From the IMG/VR virus record IMGVR_UViG_3300024239_000017: a DNA stretch of 64,000 nucleotides; one strand, given 5' to 3'. This DNA comes from a virus. The position numbers and the translations under genes are program-made. Below the pieces are notes generated by a model that saw only the letters and a program-made list of their open reading frames with translations, was not told the origin of the DNA and searched no databases. Below, one piece after another: positions 27,327-38,036 of the stretch (positions within the stretch are counted from its first letter, which is position 1; each line of letters begins with the position of its first letter).

Positions 27327-29027
27327 ATGACAAGAAAAATCTTATCAAAAGAAGAATTAATGAATCTTAACGGAGAGTTAGTTTATATTTCCATGTTAAA
27401 TGGGGAAGATACTTCGTTTTTTTTACAAAATGATTTCGAAAAGTACAAAGAACCTGCTTTAGTATTTGTACAAGATGAAAGAGTGTATTTATTAAACAGT
27501 GCCATATCTGGATCTGTTCCTCAAAATTTCAACTTTGAAAAAAGTATTTTCAACAGATCATATGTATATGATGAGGATATACTTTGTACTGAAATGTATG
27601 AGAATGAAAAAGATATTTACATTGAAAGAATAAAAATATATTCCACACTCAATGGTGGAGAAGATTTATATTGTGACGGTGAATTTGGTAAAGCAATGCA
27701 TTTAACTTCTCATGGTATTACTTTTTCAAGTAACTCGCTTTTAACATTGAATACAGACTTTTTTCCTGTAAATTTTGATGAAGTAGAGTCTTACTTTAAA
27801 GGAATATTGGACTCAAAAACTATTACTGAAAAGGAAAGAGCCAATATTATAAAATCAATAAAAGGTAAAGGTCATCCTAAAAATTATTTACCTTCATTGC
27901 ATTATAGAGGAATAATTGTTTCAACTTCATTAAACAAACTTACTTTTAATGGTTTTGGTAATAATTTAAATGATTTATACAATATTAATATAGAAACAAG
28001 AATCTTCAAAGACACTATAAAAACTGTAAGAAACTACAGTGAGGAAACTTTAACGGCAGTGTTAGATAAAAGATTCATTATAAGTAAGTCTTTTAATTCT
28101 ATCATCAAATCGGTAGATCAAAATGTACATGATTATCTTTCTCGTGAAGAAAATAATACAGGAATGCAGTTTATTTCACTAGATTTAACTGAAAAGGTTA
28201 TTAAATTTTTGCCTAAAAAGAAAAATCTAGTATTAGATAAAAATGTAATTACTGAAAAAAACTTCCAAACTACAAAACCTCACAAGTTTTTTACTGCTGC
28301 TTTAAAAGGATTTATGAGTGAATACGATATTAAAAAATTCGTAGATACTTTATTAGCATATAAAGATCCTTATGTTATTAAATACTTCAGAGGTAAAAAA
28401 ATTGCAGAAAACTACTCAAAACTAAATACAAGAGAATGGGCTACAACATCTTGTATGGATAGAAAAGCAGAAAATTTCTTTGAACTTTACACGGATAAAA
28501 AATTCAGATTAGGTGTAATATTCAGAGATAAGGAGCAAGTAGGTAGATTCCTAGAGGTAACTACTGATGAAGGTCTTGTATATAACGATAGAGTTTATTA
28601 CAAAGATGAAGCAACATTAGCTTGGTATAATAGATGGGTAGATACAAAAGGTCTTACTAGAAAAAAAGACAATACTTATACTAATAAAACCCAGTTTTAT
28701 AATGTTAAAAAAGGTTCTTTTACACAAACTGTAACTGTAACACTTAGTAAAAAGTTAGAAAAAATAAGAATTTATCCTTATTTAGATACCTTAACATACG
28801 GTAGAGATAATAAGTTAACTAATTATCATGATAATAAAATTACCTATACCTTTACAAATACAAACGGTAAGTGTGAAAGAAATAACATGGTTTTAGATGT
28901 TATCACAAATGAGTATATCCACAATAATTATGCTGTCAGAATAGATTTCGGTCAACATGCTGGTAGAAGCACTACAGTAGAAAATCTAGTATATTCTTCA
29001 ATCAACGGAGGACATTGTTTAAAATAA
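27327..29027 (+). CDS. Phage protein with SCM/DRVY/PYLDT motifs
   Basis: Motifs in the C-terminal half; adjacent to a peptidase gene. Confidence 0.7.
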   Translation: MTRKILSKEELMNLNGELVYISMLNGEDTSFFLQNDFEKYKEPALVFVQDERVYLLNSAISGSVPQNFNFEKSIFNRSYVYDEDILCTEMYENEKDIYIERIKIYSTLNGGEDLYCDGEFGKAMHLTSHGITFSSNSLLTLNTDFFPVNFDEVESYFKGILDSKTITEKERANIIKSIKGKGHPKNYLPSLHYRGIIVSTSLNKLTFNGFGNNLNDLYNINIETRIFKDTIKTVRNYSEETLTAVLDKRFIISKSFNSIIKSVDQNVHDYLSREENNTGMQFISLDLTEKVIKFLPKKKNLVLDKNVITEKNFQTTKPHKFFTAALKGFMSEYDIKKFVDTLLAYKDPYVIKYFRGKKIAENYSKLNTREWATTSCMDRKAENFFELYTDKKFRLGVIFRDKEQVGRFLEVTTDEGLVYNDRVYYKDEATLAWYNRWVDTKGLTRKKDNTYTNKTQFYNVKKGSFTQTVTVTLSKKLEKIRIYPYLDTLTYGRDNKLTNYHDNKITYTFTNTNGKCERNNMVLDVITNEYIHNNYAVRIDFGQHAGRSTTVENLVYSSINGGHCLK

Positions 29028-29039
29028 TAAAATATCCAA

Positions 29040-30305
29040 ATGAATATAAAATTTTATAAAAAACTTCTAAGTTTTAGAAGTCATTCTAAATCTAGAAAGC
29101 AACTAGAATTTAGAGATTGGTTGGAAGCATACATAACTGTAGAATTTCCAGGAGTAACTACTGAAATAGACGATTATGGTAATCTATACGTAACTAAAAA
29201 CACTTCTGAACAAAGATATTATAACTGTGTAGTAGCGCATTTAGATATTAATCAGAAAGTAATTACTGATGATTTCAGTATATTAGTAATCAATAATTAT
29301 ATTGTTGGTATTAATAATGTTGACGGAAAACAAATTGGTTTAGGTCACGACGATAAAGTAGGTGTTTATTTTGCACTTCAAGCGTTAAAAAAGTTTGATA
29401 ATATCAAATGTTTCTTCCCGCTGGATGAAGAAGTAGGATTATTAGGAACTAGAGCGTCCGAAGAAGATTTCTTTAATGACGTAGGATTTTTCTTACAGTT
29501 AGACAGAAGAGGATATTATGATATTTCTCAGTTTACTAATGGTCATGCCACTGTTACATACGATACTAAAAAAGAATTTGAGAAATTATTATGTAAGTAT
29601 AATTTCCATTGGACAAATACGGTATCTACTGATGTTGGAGCATTAATACAGAGACATTTTACACAAGGAGTAAATATTTCATGTGGGTATAACAACGAGC
29701 ATACCAATGATGAGATATTACATGTTTTAAGATATGATAATAGTGAAAAGTTTGCTATGGAGTTATTAAAACTTACCAATAATAAGTTTTATTACATGGA
29801 TATAACTACTACTACATATAACAAACCTGTTGCGAAAACAGTTACGTCTGGATATACGTGTGGGTATTCAAATTCTTCTAACACTAGTAATCAAAATGTA
29901 CAGTCCACTGCTACCCCAACGCTAAAAAAAGATGCGACAAGGAATAAAGAAGAAAAAAAAACAAAGACTACACCATCAATTTTCGAAGAAGGTAAGTCAA
30001 TAACACAGTTAGAAACTTTGGAAGATGAGCTTGAATATTCTATAGAAATGTTATTAGATATAGATATTACTAGTTTAAAAGAGTACAATGAGTTCAAAAA
30101 AATAGTAGCGGATATTCAATCTGAACTTAAAAAAGTACAAGATGAGCATTTAAGAAATACCTTAGTGTATAGATTATATACAAATGTTTGCTCTGTTAAT
30201 GATACCTATTCTTTATCTCCGTATAGAAATTTAGGTACATTACATGATTTGGAAAAAGATCTAGAAACAGATTGGTTGAAAGCACAAGAAGATTATAACA
30301 CTTGA
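29040..30305 (+). CDS. Zn-dependent peptidase/hydrolase (M20/M28-like)
   Basis: AHLD, GHDDKVG, DEEVG, LDRRG, NISCGYNNEH. Confidence 0.8.
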   Translation: MNIKFYKKLLSFRSHSKSRKQLEFRDWLEAYITVEFPGVTTEIDDYGNLYVTKNTSEQRYYNCVVAHLDINQKVITDDFSILVINNYIVGINNVDGKQIGLGHDDKVGVYFALQALKKFDNIKCFFPLDEEVGLLGTRASEEDFFNDVGFFLQLDRRGYYDISQFTNGHATVTYDTKKEFEKLLCKYNFHWTNTVSTDVGALIQRHFTQGVNISCGYNNEHTNDEILHVLRYDNSEKFAMELLKLTNNKFYYMDITTTTYNKPVAKTVTSGYTCGYSNSSNTSNQNVQSTATPTLKKDATRNKEEKKTKTTPSIFEEGKSITQLETLEDELEYSIEMLLDIDITSLKEYNEFKKIVADIQSELKKVQDEHLRNTLVYRLYTNVCSVNDTYSLSPYRNLGTLHDLEKDLETDWLKAQEDYNT

Positions 30306-30485
30306 TAATAAAATGAATATTTATTACAAAGTTATTAACTATCACCTATATGTTTATGATAATGACTTAAATTTATTATTTAAAACAAAATGTAATATAG
30401 GTGATAGTATTCTTATTGTGATAGAAGATTATATGAAAAATAATAATATAGACGTTTATTTCGAACAATTAATACCAATATAACA

Positions 30486-30815
30486 ATGAAATACACTTTT
30501 TATATTTCAAAAGAAAAGTATCTAAAAAGAGTAAAAGATATAATAGAAGAATTTTATTATGACGATGATATGTTCAATTTTTTTGAAAATGTAATATTTA
30601 AGAAATTAAGTAATAATTTGAATGACGTTGTAACTGTTGAAGATTTCATATCAATAGATTTTTATACCTCACTAACTATTAATGATATAGAAAAATCATT
30701 ATCAGACAAAGACGCAGTCTCATTACTATCTGAATGTGGTGGAAATATAAATGATATGTGTACTATAAATAATATTGATCCCCGTGATATAATTGTAAGA
30801 ATTGTAAGAAATTAA
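30486..30815 (+). CDS. Hypothetical protein
   Basis: ORF. Confidence 0.6.
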   Translation: MKYTFYISKEKYLKRVKDIIEEFYYDDDMFNFFENVIFKKLSNNLNDVVTVEDFISIDFYTSLTINDIEKSLSDKDAVSLLSECGGNINDMCTINNIDPRDIIVRIVRN

Positions 30816-30838
30816 AAATTAATTAACAATATATTAAA

Positions 30839-31336
30839 ATGAAAAAACTATTATTTATATTTATAACACTATTTGTATATTCCACACTCAGTGCACAGTA
30901 CACAAGATACTTTAAAGGTTATAAAAAAGAAAATTCTTCTCATGAAATACAGTTGGGAATAATACCCATATCTGTTTCCAACGATTTAGAGTTAAATCAA
31001 ACAGAAATAGGTTGGAGAAGAGGAACGTTTGGAATATCATTTAGATATGGTATAGATAACAATAGAACAGAATACTTTGATATAAATTTCCAAGGTTATT
31101 TCTGGATTACAAAACACATTGATATTACTACAGGATTTGGATTTGGAAATAGAACAAATCTTGATTTTGTACTTGAGAAAAATTCAGACAGGTACTATAT
31201 ACCTTATAATATAGGTATAGTAATAAAACCCGTAAGTTTTTTTCAAATAATAACAAAATATGAAAAATTTGATTACGAGCATGACGGTTATTGGCAATCT
31301 GGAGTATTGTTAAAATTTCCGTTAACAAGTCAATAG
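30839..31336 (+). CDS. Secreted protein, possible small outer-membrane beta-barrel
   Basis: Signal peptide; alternating beta-strand pattern. Confidence 0.5.
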   Translation: MKKLLFIFITLFVYSTLSAQYTRYFKGYKKENSSHEIQLGIIPISVSNDLELNQTEIGWRRGTFGISFRYGIDNNRTEYFDINFQGYFWITKHIDITTGFGFGNRTNLDFVLEKNSDRYYIPYNIGIVIKPVSFFQIITKYEKFDYEHDGYWQSGVLLKFPLTSQ

Positions 31337-31389
31337 TTAATATATTTTTAGTTAGTTGCCTTTCTTGTTATATAGGTTAAATAAGAGGC

Positions 31390-31453
31390 TCCCTGATACG
31401 CTATAAATGGTATAGCATTATTAATCTGACCTGTTCGAATCAGTCTCAGGGAA
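31390..31453 (+). ncRNA. Mini tRNA-like element with no anticodon arm
   Basis: TCCCTGA/TCAGGGA-A, GCTATA-AATGG-TATAGC, TTCGAAT T loop. Confidence 0.6.
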
Positions 31454-31491
31454 CAAATAAATATTCCACAATCAAAATAATTTATAATCAC

Positions 31492-32508
31492 ATGCAAGAA
31501 CAGAAATTTGAAGAAAGAATAATAGATAAACTATTAGAAGTAATATCTGTTAATTTAGACTATCTTACACAACCAGAAAACATCCCCGCGCTAGGAAAAC
31601 TAGGTCATATCTATAATAGATTATGGTATGCAGGAAGATTTGCATATGGTTATGAAGGTAAATTAAGAAAAGATAATCAGTGTGATGAAAATCCTAAATA
31701 TAAACTTGAAATTTGTGATGTAGGTACACCTGAACAATACAACTTAGTATATGACGCATGGGGCATGCACATAACAATGGAAGAGAAAATTCCATTAAAT
31801 TTTGATAACTTTAAAAATCTAATTTTAAATGGTAAAAATATTACTGAATTAGATAAAAAGATGGGTAAACTTAACAAAACAATAGATGATTGGGTAGAAA
31901 TAAAAACAGATGAGAATTATCGCTATAAATCGTTATATCCAGATAGAAAATCAGTGGTAGATCATTTATTATGTACTATCGGAAACGGTTACGGTTATAA
32001 AAATGGTTTTGTATTTGAAGAAGCAGGTGGTGCCGATATGAATATGGAATTATATTTCAATTGGGAGAACGCAACTTTTCCAAAACATATTCAAGAAGTA
32101 GTAGATTTCATTTTAGAGGACGAAGAGGTTAAAGAAATATTAGATTTTCAGCATGCAGAAGCTATCCTTTTCTATGAAAAAAGAGAAAAAGATAAAAAAG
32201 ACTCATTAGTAAAAGCATTAGTAAAATTAGGTAAAACACAAAAAGAAATAGAATTATTTATAGAGGATTTATTTAATGAAGATTTTATAACACCTGATAC
32301 CAATAAGTATAAACCTTATTATCCTATATGTGATTACTCTATTATAACAATGTTTGATGAAAATACTCATGATTCATATATCAAAGCTGCAATAGAGATA
32401 TGTAAGGATATTTTAGAAAATAGTTCTTTAGAAAGAGAATCTAATGTAAAATTTGCAAATAGCTTTTTAAATAAAGATTTTATAAAAAATGTAAATGACA
32501 AGAATTAA
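31492..32508 (+). CDS. Hypothetical protein
   Basis: 338-aa ORF. Confidence 0.75.
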   Translation: MQEQKFEERIIDKLLEVISVNLDYLTQPENIPALGKLGHIYNRLWYAGRFAYGYEGKLRKDNQCDENPKYKLEICDVGTPEQYNLVYDAWGMHITMEEKIPLNFDNFKNLILNGKNITELDKKMGKLNKTIDDWVEIKTDENYRYKSLYPDRKSVVDHLLCTIGNGYGYKNGFVFEEAGGADMNMELYFNWENATFPKHIQEVVDFILEDEEVKEILDFQHAEAILFYEKREKDKKDSLVKALVKLGKTQKEIELFIEDLFNEDFITPDTNKYKPYYPICDYSIITMFDENTHDSYIKAAIEICKDILENSSLERESNVKFANSFLNKDFIKNVNDKN

Positions 32509-32899
32509 TTTAGGTATAAATCCTATATTTTTAAGTAAAGCACATTTATTAGCTGAGCATAGAGAAATAAAACGTATACCAAATACAATAAAATCTGGTA
32601 AAGCCGTAGTTAAAAACATACCTGAAAAATTTACTTTAGGTACAGGACATGTTAAATTCTTCTATGATAAGTTATTTTATCTTAAAAAAAGATATGATAA
32701 AATATATCTAGAATGTATTAATAGAGAATTAAATGTTACATATTATGGTGACGCCTTTGAAGATTTACCTGTAGAATTGTGTAATGATTATTCTCCAACA
32801 AAAAAAGATATAAATATAATACTTTCTAGGTTATTAGAAAGAGATTATGATTTTTATTCAAAGTTATCAAACGTTGTACTTTATTTAAATAAAATTTAA
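32495..32899 (+). CDS. denV: Pyrimidine-dimer DNA glycosylase (T4 endonuclease V family)
   Basis: MTRINL...HLLAEHREIKRI...FTLGTGHVKFFYDK. Confidence 0.93.
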   Translation: MTRINLGINPIFLSKAHLLAEHREIKRIPNTIKSGKAVVKNIPEKFTLGTGHVKFFYDKLFYLKKRYDKIYLECINRELNVTYYGDAFEDLPVELCNDYSPTKKDINIILSRLLERDYDFYSKLSNVVLYLNKI

Positions 32900-32900
32900 C

Positions 32901-33296
32901 ATGAAAAATATAGTAGAAAATAATAGATTAATTGCCGAGTTTTTAAATTGGGAATTTGATGATTTATCAGAAACTTTTGAAACACCTTTTTTAAAATTAG
33001 TAGAACCTCAGGCTTTTGGTGATGAACAATTTAGTTGTAAATTACAAGATTTTGAATTAGAATTCCATTCAGATTGGAATTGGTTAATGGAAGTAGTAGA
33101 AAAAATACACAGTATGCAATCTTACGGAGTTCTTATAAATCCAAACGGAACTTATATACAAGACGAAGATGATAAAGTAATTTGTATGACTTTTAAGAAT
33201 GAAGAAGTCAATGGAGAAATTATTTCAAGCTCTAATATCGAAGCTACATTTAATTGCTGTGTAGAATTTGTTAATTGGTATAACGAACAAAAATAA
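32901..33296 (+). CDS. Hypothetical phage protein
   Basis: NNRLIAEF...FHSDWNWLMEVVEKI. Confidence 0.7.
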   Translation: MKNIVENNRLIAEFLNWEFDDLSETFETPFLKLVEPQAFGDEQFSCKLQDFELEFHSDWNWLMEVVEKIHSMQSYGVLINPNGTYIQDEDDKVICMTFKNEEVNGEIISSSNIEATFNCCVEFVNWYNEQK

Positions 33297-33302
33297 ATAA
33301 TT

Positions 33303-33764
33303 ATGAATAAAATTATAGCTGTAGAAAAAATAGATTTATCTTCTTTTTTAGAACAAAGAACAAAAGAAGTAAATGCTTTTCATTCAACACAGATCGACAA
33401 AAGAAAGGAAAGAATTGTAAAATTAACTCCATATATTGCTCAAGCGCTGTTTGGAATGGTAGAAATACACAATCATCTTATAAAAAATAATTCGGAAATA
33501 TTTCTTTTTAAAAACGGTTTTATTGAAGATAGTCATTCGTTTGTAAATGATCAAATAAATAAAGAAAGTAATTGGAAATTTTATAATGATATAACAAACA
33601 AACATTATACAAATGTATCTTTTGAATATTCATCATTATATATTTGGTTATCAGATAATTACGGGACTATGAAATATACATCAAATGCAGTATATCAAAT
33701 GATTGTAACTGACAAAGGTAGTATATATTACCCTTATAATGTAGAAGCATTTCTTAAAAATTAA
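33303..33764 (+). CDS. Hypothetical protein
   Basis: ORF. Confidence 0.65.
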   Translation: MNKIIAVEKIDLSSFLEQRTKEVNAFHSTQIDKRKERIVKLTPYIAQALFGMVEIHNHLIKNNSEIFLFKNGFIEDSHSFVNDQINKESNWKFYNDITNKHYTNVSFEYSSLYIWLSDNYGTMKYTSNAVYQMIVTDKGSIYYPYNVEAFLKN

Positions 33765-33791
33765 TAGATATAAAGATAAAATAATCTTAAA

Positions 33792-34412
33792 ATGAATGAA
33801 TTAAGTTTTAAAACAGAAGTGTTAAGATATTTTGACGATTTAGAAGCTAAAGCATTATTTTTAATAGCAATAGCGTATCATAACGGAGAATTGACTAGAG
33901 AAAGTTATTTCGGACAATTAAAATCTTTAAGAAAAGGTTTACTATTAAAAGAAAAAAAATCTTATCATTGTAAACTAGACGGTAGATGGTATAATGATCA
34001 ATCAATAAGTTCAATATTATCAGAGATAGCAGACTATAGTTTTGATCATTTGGTTTTGACTGGAGATGATTTATTAACCACAATTCAAGATTATTCTAAT
34101 AAAAATTATAACTATTGTATAAATTTATTATATTCCAAATATATAAAAGAAATATTAAATAAATGTTCTTTTTATTCAGATGTTTGTGAAGATTTAATTA
34201 TTAGAGGTTTTGATTTTCCAATAGATATTAGAGTAGAAGGAACTGATTATCGTTGCGATTGTTGTGGTAGAGAAAAACAAGAGGTAAATAGATATTTAAC
34301 TATAGAAAATGCAGAAACTAAAATGATGGAATATTTACAATCCCTAAAAAAAGGAAATCAAAATAAAATTCCAAAATTAGAAAATGTATATGTCTATAAA
34401 TTTATTAAATAA
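33792..34412 (+). CDS. Hypothetical protein
   Basis: ORF coupled to the radical SAM gene. Confidence 0.65.
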   Translation: MNELSFKTEVLRYFDDLEAKALFLIAIAYHNGELTRESYFGQLKSLRKGLLLKEKKSYHCKLDGRWYNDQSISSILSEIADYSFDHLVLTGDDLLTTIQDYSNKNYNYCINLLYSKYIKEILNKCSFYSDVCEDLIIRGFDFPIDIRVEGTDYRCDCCGREKQEVNRYLTIENAETKMMEYLQSLKKGNQNKIPKLENVYVYKFIK

Positions 34413-35257
34413 TGAAAATTAGAACAGATATATCAGCAAATTATAGAGCTGTATTTTTCAACGGTAAAACAATTAGACAACGTATTGATAATTCAAAACC
34501 TATTACCACACCAAAGTTTGCAGAAATAGAAGATGTAGCTATTAATTCGAAGTGTTTAGCGAATTGTTCTTATTGTTATACTAACGCACTCAAAACAGGC
34601 TCAAATTTCACAGATATTATTGAAAAGGTACACAAGGTATGGGGAGTAAGAGATGAGAACGACAAACCTTTCCAAATAGCTATAGGAGGCGCAGGGGAAC
34701 CAACACTTCATCCGCAATTCAAAGAATTTGTAAAAACAGTAAAAGAAGTAGGTATAATGCCTAATTACACTACTAACGGAATGCATCTATCTGAGGAAAT
34801 TCTACAAGCAACAGAAGAGTATTGTGGCGGTGTAGCTGTAAGTTTTCATCCGCATATTGAAAAAGTTTTTTATAAAGCTGTAGAAACATTATCCACAATC
34901 AACACTAGACTTAATTGTCATGTAATAATTGGAGATGAAAAATCTTTGGTAGATTTACAAAAAATGTATGATAAGTATTCAGACGTATTAGAATACATTG
35001 TAGTTCTTCCTTATCAAGCAGTAGGTAGAGCAAAACAAATAGAAACAGAAGAAGTTTGGAAAAAAACTTTTGAATGGATTAATACAGTTAATTCACAACA
35101 ATTTGCCTTTGGTGCGTTATTTTATCCTTATTTACAAAATAACGAGGTAGAATTAGATATAGATGTTTATGAACCTGAAATCTATTCTGGTTATAGAATA
35201 TTTGATGATAGTTTTATGCATCTAAGACATTCGTCTTATGACTTAAATTTTAAATAA
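34412..35257 (+). CDS. Radical SAM protein
   Basis: CLANCSYC, GGAGEPTLHP, YTTNG. Confidence 0.9.
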   Translation: MKIRTDISANYRAVFFNGKTIRQRIDNSKPITTPKFAEIEDVAINSKCLANCSYCYTNALKTGSNFTDIIEKVHKVWGVRDENDKPFQIAIGGAGEPTLHPQFKEFVKTVKEVGIMPNYTTNGMHLSEEILQATEEYCGGVAVSFHPHIEKVFYKAVETLSTINTRLNCHVIIGDEKSLVDLQKMYDKYSDVLEYIVVLPYQAVGRAKQIETEEVWKKTFEWINTVNSQQFAFGALFYPYLQNNEVELDIDVYEPEIYSGYRIFDDSFMHLRHSSYDLNFK

Positions 35258-35281
35258 TATTTATTGTATAAATTACAAAAA

Positions 35282-35662
35282 ATGAAAAACCTAGTATTTA
35301 TTTTAAGAATAGATAATACTATTGACTTAATAACAAATTCATCTTCCGAATTGTTTGTGATTAAATCCACAAAACAAAAAGAAGTTATAATAAAAATGTT
35401 AGAAAAAGCACTCGAAGGTATATATGATTATAATATAGAATTGGGTGAAAGAATTTTAAAAGAGAAGGAAGAATGGGAAGTAGATTATGAAAAAACAAAT
35501 TTTCTAAATAATTTTCCAGAAGAAAAACATGAGGAAATAGAAGCATTGTTTTCTCAAACAAATTGGTATTCTTTTGTAATAGATAGAGACCATGAATACA
35601 TACGTGAAATTGAAAACACGTTAATTAAAATAGGATTTGAATTAATAGACACAGATTACTAA
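35282..35662 (+). CDS. TNSSSE-motif protein
   Basis: IDLITNSSSELFV. Confidence 0.7.
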   Translation: MKNLVFILRIDNTIDLITNSSSELFVIKSTKQKEVIIKMLEKALEGIYDYNIELGERILKEKEEWEVDYEKTNFLNNFPEEKHEEIEALFSQTNWYSFVIDRDHEYIREIENTLIKIGFELIDTDY

Positions 35663-36186
35663 TGAAAAAAACATTATTCACAATATTTGTAGATAATACA
35701 ATAGATATTATTACAAACAGTAGCTCAGAGTTATTTGTACTAAACGGAGATACTTTAAACTCAGTACAACAAATGGTATCAAGTATTCATCCAGATTATC
35801 TTACTGAATATTATGAGGTAGTCGCTTTAAAAGATGCAGATGATATGATAGTAGAAACTTATCTAGATTGGATAGAAAATTCTTACCATAATTATTGGGA
35901 AGAAACAATAGGTATGTCGGAAAAAGAAAGAATTGAATATGATATTGCAAAACATACCAAGGAAGCAGAAAAATATGGAATGTTACCAGAAGCATTTTTT
36001 GAAAATTGGGATGAGAGAAACGATAAATATTTTTATAGTAGAATTTCTGAAAAAGGATATGACGCAGTAAGACATACTTTAGACCCCAACGGAAGAATAT
36101 TCTTATTATTATCTCTATATGATAATCCAAATTGGGATAAGCAAGAGGCTCTGATGAATATTGGTAGTAGATACCATTTAGGGTAA
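35662..36186 (+). CDS. TNSSSE-motif protein
   Basis: IDIITNSSSELFV. Confidence 0.7.
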   Translation: MKKTLFTIFVDNTIDIITNSSSELFVLNGDTLNSVQQMVSSIHPDYLTEYYEVVALKDADDMIVETYLDWIENSYHNYWEETIGMSEKERIEYDIAKHTKEAEKYGMLPEAFFENWDERNDKYFYSRISEKGYDAVRHTLDPNGRIFLLLSLYDNPNWDKQEALMNIGSRYHLG

Positions 36187-36214
36187 TTAAAAATAACAAT
36201 TAAAAAATATAAAA

Positions 36215-36730
36215 ATGGATTATACATCATTATTTTATTGGCTAGTAGTTGCTGATAATATGAAATCTTTATTTAAAGTAGGTATTACAATATTTACTAT
36301 AATTGCACTGTTTGCAACAATAGTTAATATAGTCTCTAAAGCAAACTATTTAGAGAAAGGAAGTGAGGATTATTTAAAAGACTCTATTGCTGCAAAAAAA
36401 TGGATTTGGTGGTCTTATCCTTTAACTTTTTTATTTTGGTCTTTGTTTATTTTAACACCATCTAAAAGAGATTCATTACTTATTGTAGCTGGCGGAGGTA
36501 CATTAAATTTCTTAACTACTGATTCTACGGCTAAAAAAATTCCACATGAAATGACCAATTTTGTTTTGACGGAATTGAAAAATATGGCTAAAGAAAACGA
36601 AGTAGAATTAGGAATTAACGAACAAAAAGAAAAAGTTATTGAAGAAGCTAAGAAAATGTCTTCTGAAGAACTTATAAATAAGATTAAAACTGATTCCACG
36701 TTTAAGAAAATTCTAGTAGAAGAAAAATAA
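36215..36730 (+). CDS. Membrane protein
   Basis: Two TM segments. Confidence 0.7.
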   Translation: MDYTSLFYWLVVADNMKSLFKVGITIFTIIALFATIVNIVSKANYLEKGSEDYLKDSIAAKKWIWWSYPLTFLFWSLFILTPSKRDSLLIVAGGGTLNFLTTDSTAKKIPHEMTNFVLTELKNMAKENEVELGINEQKEKVIEEAKKMSSEELINKIKTDSTFKKILVEEK

Positions 36731-36966
36731 TGGTAACATTTGAATTAATAGAATTATATTTTAACTCTGAAAAAGGAGATGAAAAATATAAAGTAGAAGA
36801 TTATTCTATAAATGGATCAATCATAACGATTCGTTACAAAAGATATGTAGAACATATAACCAAAGAAGGTAAAGATGAAAGCTGGTGGAATTATGATAAT
36901 TACACTGAAGTAGAATTACTTGATTATATTACATTTGTTTTCAATACTATTAATAATAACAAATAA
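36730..36966 (+). CDS. Hypothetical protein
   Basis: ORF. Confidence 0.6.
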   Translation: MVTFELIELYFNSEKGDEKYKVEDYSINGSIITIRYKRYVEHITKEGKDESWWNYDNYTEVELLDYITFVFNTINNNK

Positions 36967-37065
36967 AAATATAGTTATGAATGAATTTATTCAAAATGTT
37001 TTACTAATTTATTGTGCTTTAATGCTTACAGCTATTTATCATATATTAAAACGTAAAAAATAATT

Positions 37066-37347
37066 ATGACAGCAGAAGAATTTTTAAAAAATAGTAAAAA
37101 TGTAAGTTACACCTCTTTAAAAGATGAAGTTAAATTATATTTTATTGAACAAGATTTAATAGAGTTTGCAAAGATGCATGTTGAAGAAGCGTTAAAACAA
37201 GCTAGTGAAAAAGCTTATGAAGAATATATAGATTTAAATACAAAAGAAATATTTGATTATACGGATGTTATGGTAGATGATGGTGTAGGAGTTAATATAA
37301 ATAAAGATTCTATTTTAAATGCATATCCTTTAGAAAACATTAAATAA
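37066..37347 (+). CDS. Hypothetical phage protein
   Basis: IEFAKMHVEEALKQASEKA...SILNAYPLENIK. Confidence 0.7.
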   Translation: MTAEEFLKNSKNVSYTSLKDEVKLYFIEQDLIEFAKMHVEEALKQASEKAYEEYIDLNTKEIFDYTDVMVDDGVGVNINKDSILNAYPLENIK

Positions 37348-37348
37348 T

Positions 37349-37735
37349 ATGAAACGATTAACAGAAAAAGATATTCAAAAAATAAACAAATCTTTAGAAT
37401 ATCCATGGGATCAAGGAATATATAAAGAACCTTTCGGTGTAGAGCATGTAAAAGAACATGTTATATATCAAAGACACAATTCACATGGGTATTCTGGTGG
37501 AAATTGTTGGGGAAACGAAGCAGAATATTACAGTAATGATGACAGACCAGAATGGGAAGTTTTTGATAAAGCTTTAAAAGAAGTTTGTCCACAAATTTCA
37601 TATTTACAATATAAAGATATTGAAAAATTAATAACACATTTAGAAAGAGGAGAAGGAGGATACTATGGTAATAATGATTATTATGATATTTGGTATTTAC
37701 CCTTAGAAACACTTTATAAATATTTAGGTATATGA
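37349..37735 (+). CDS. Hypothetical protein
   Basis: GYSGGNCWG motif. Confidence 0.65.
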   Translation: MKRLTEKDIQKINKSLEYPWDQGIYKEPFGVEHVKEHVIYQRHNSHGYSGGNCWGNEAEYYSNDDRPEWEVFDKALKEVCPQISYLQYKDIEKLITHLERGEGGYYGNNDYYDIWYLPLETLYKYLGI

Positions 37736-38036
37736 ATATATCTAGAAAATAATATAAGTTTAGACCTTATTTAACAAAAGATCAATATAATAAAATATTA
37801 GCATACATTGTAAAAATTGAATTATGATAAAAACAATAGGTTTTTGGTTAGGAGTAGACGTGTTAGGATTTTCTAACGTACATTTTCATACATTAGTGTA
37901 TAAAAATGAATTACTTCCTAAAATAATAAATATTCCTACTAATAAAAAGTTAGGCACCAAATTTAATACAATAAATATAAATAGAAAAATTCTTCCTATC
38001 AAAGATAGAATAGATTAACTCCACACTCAAAATATT

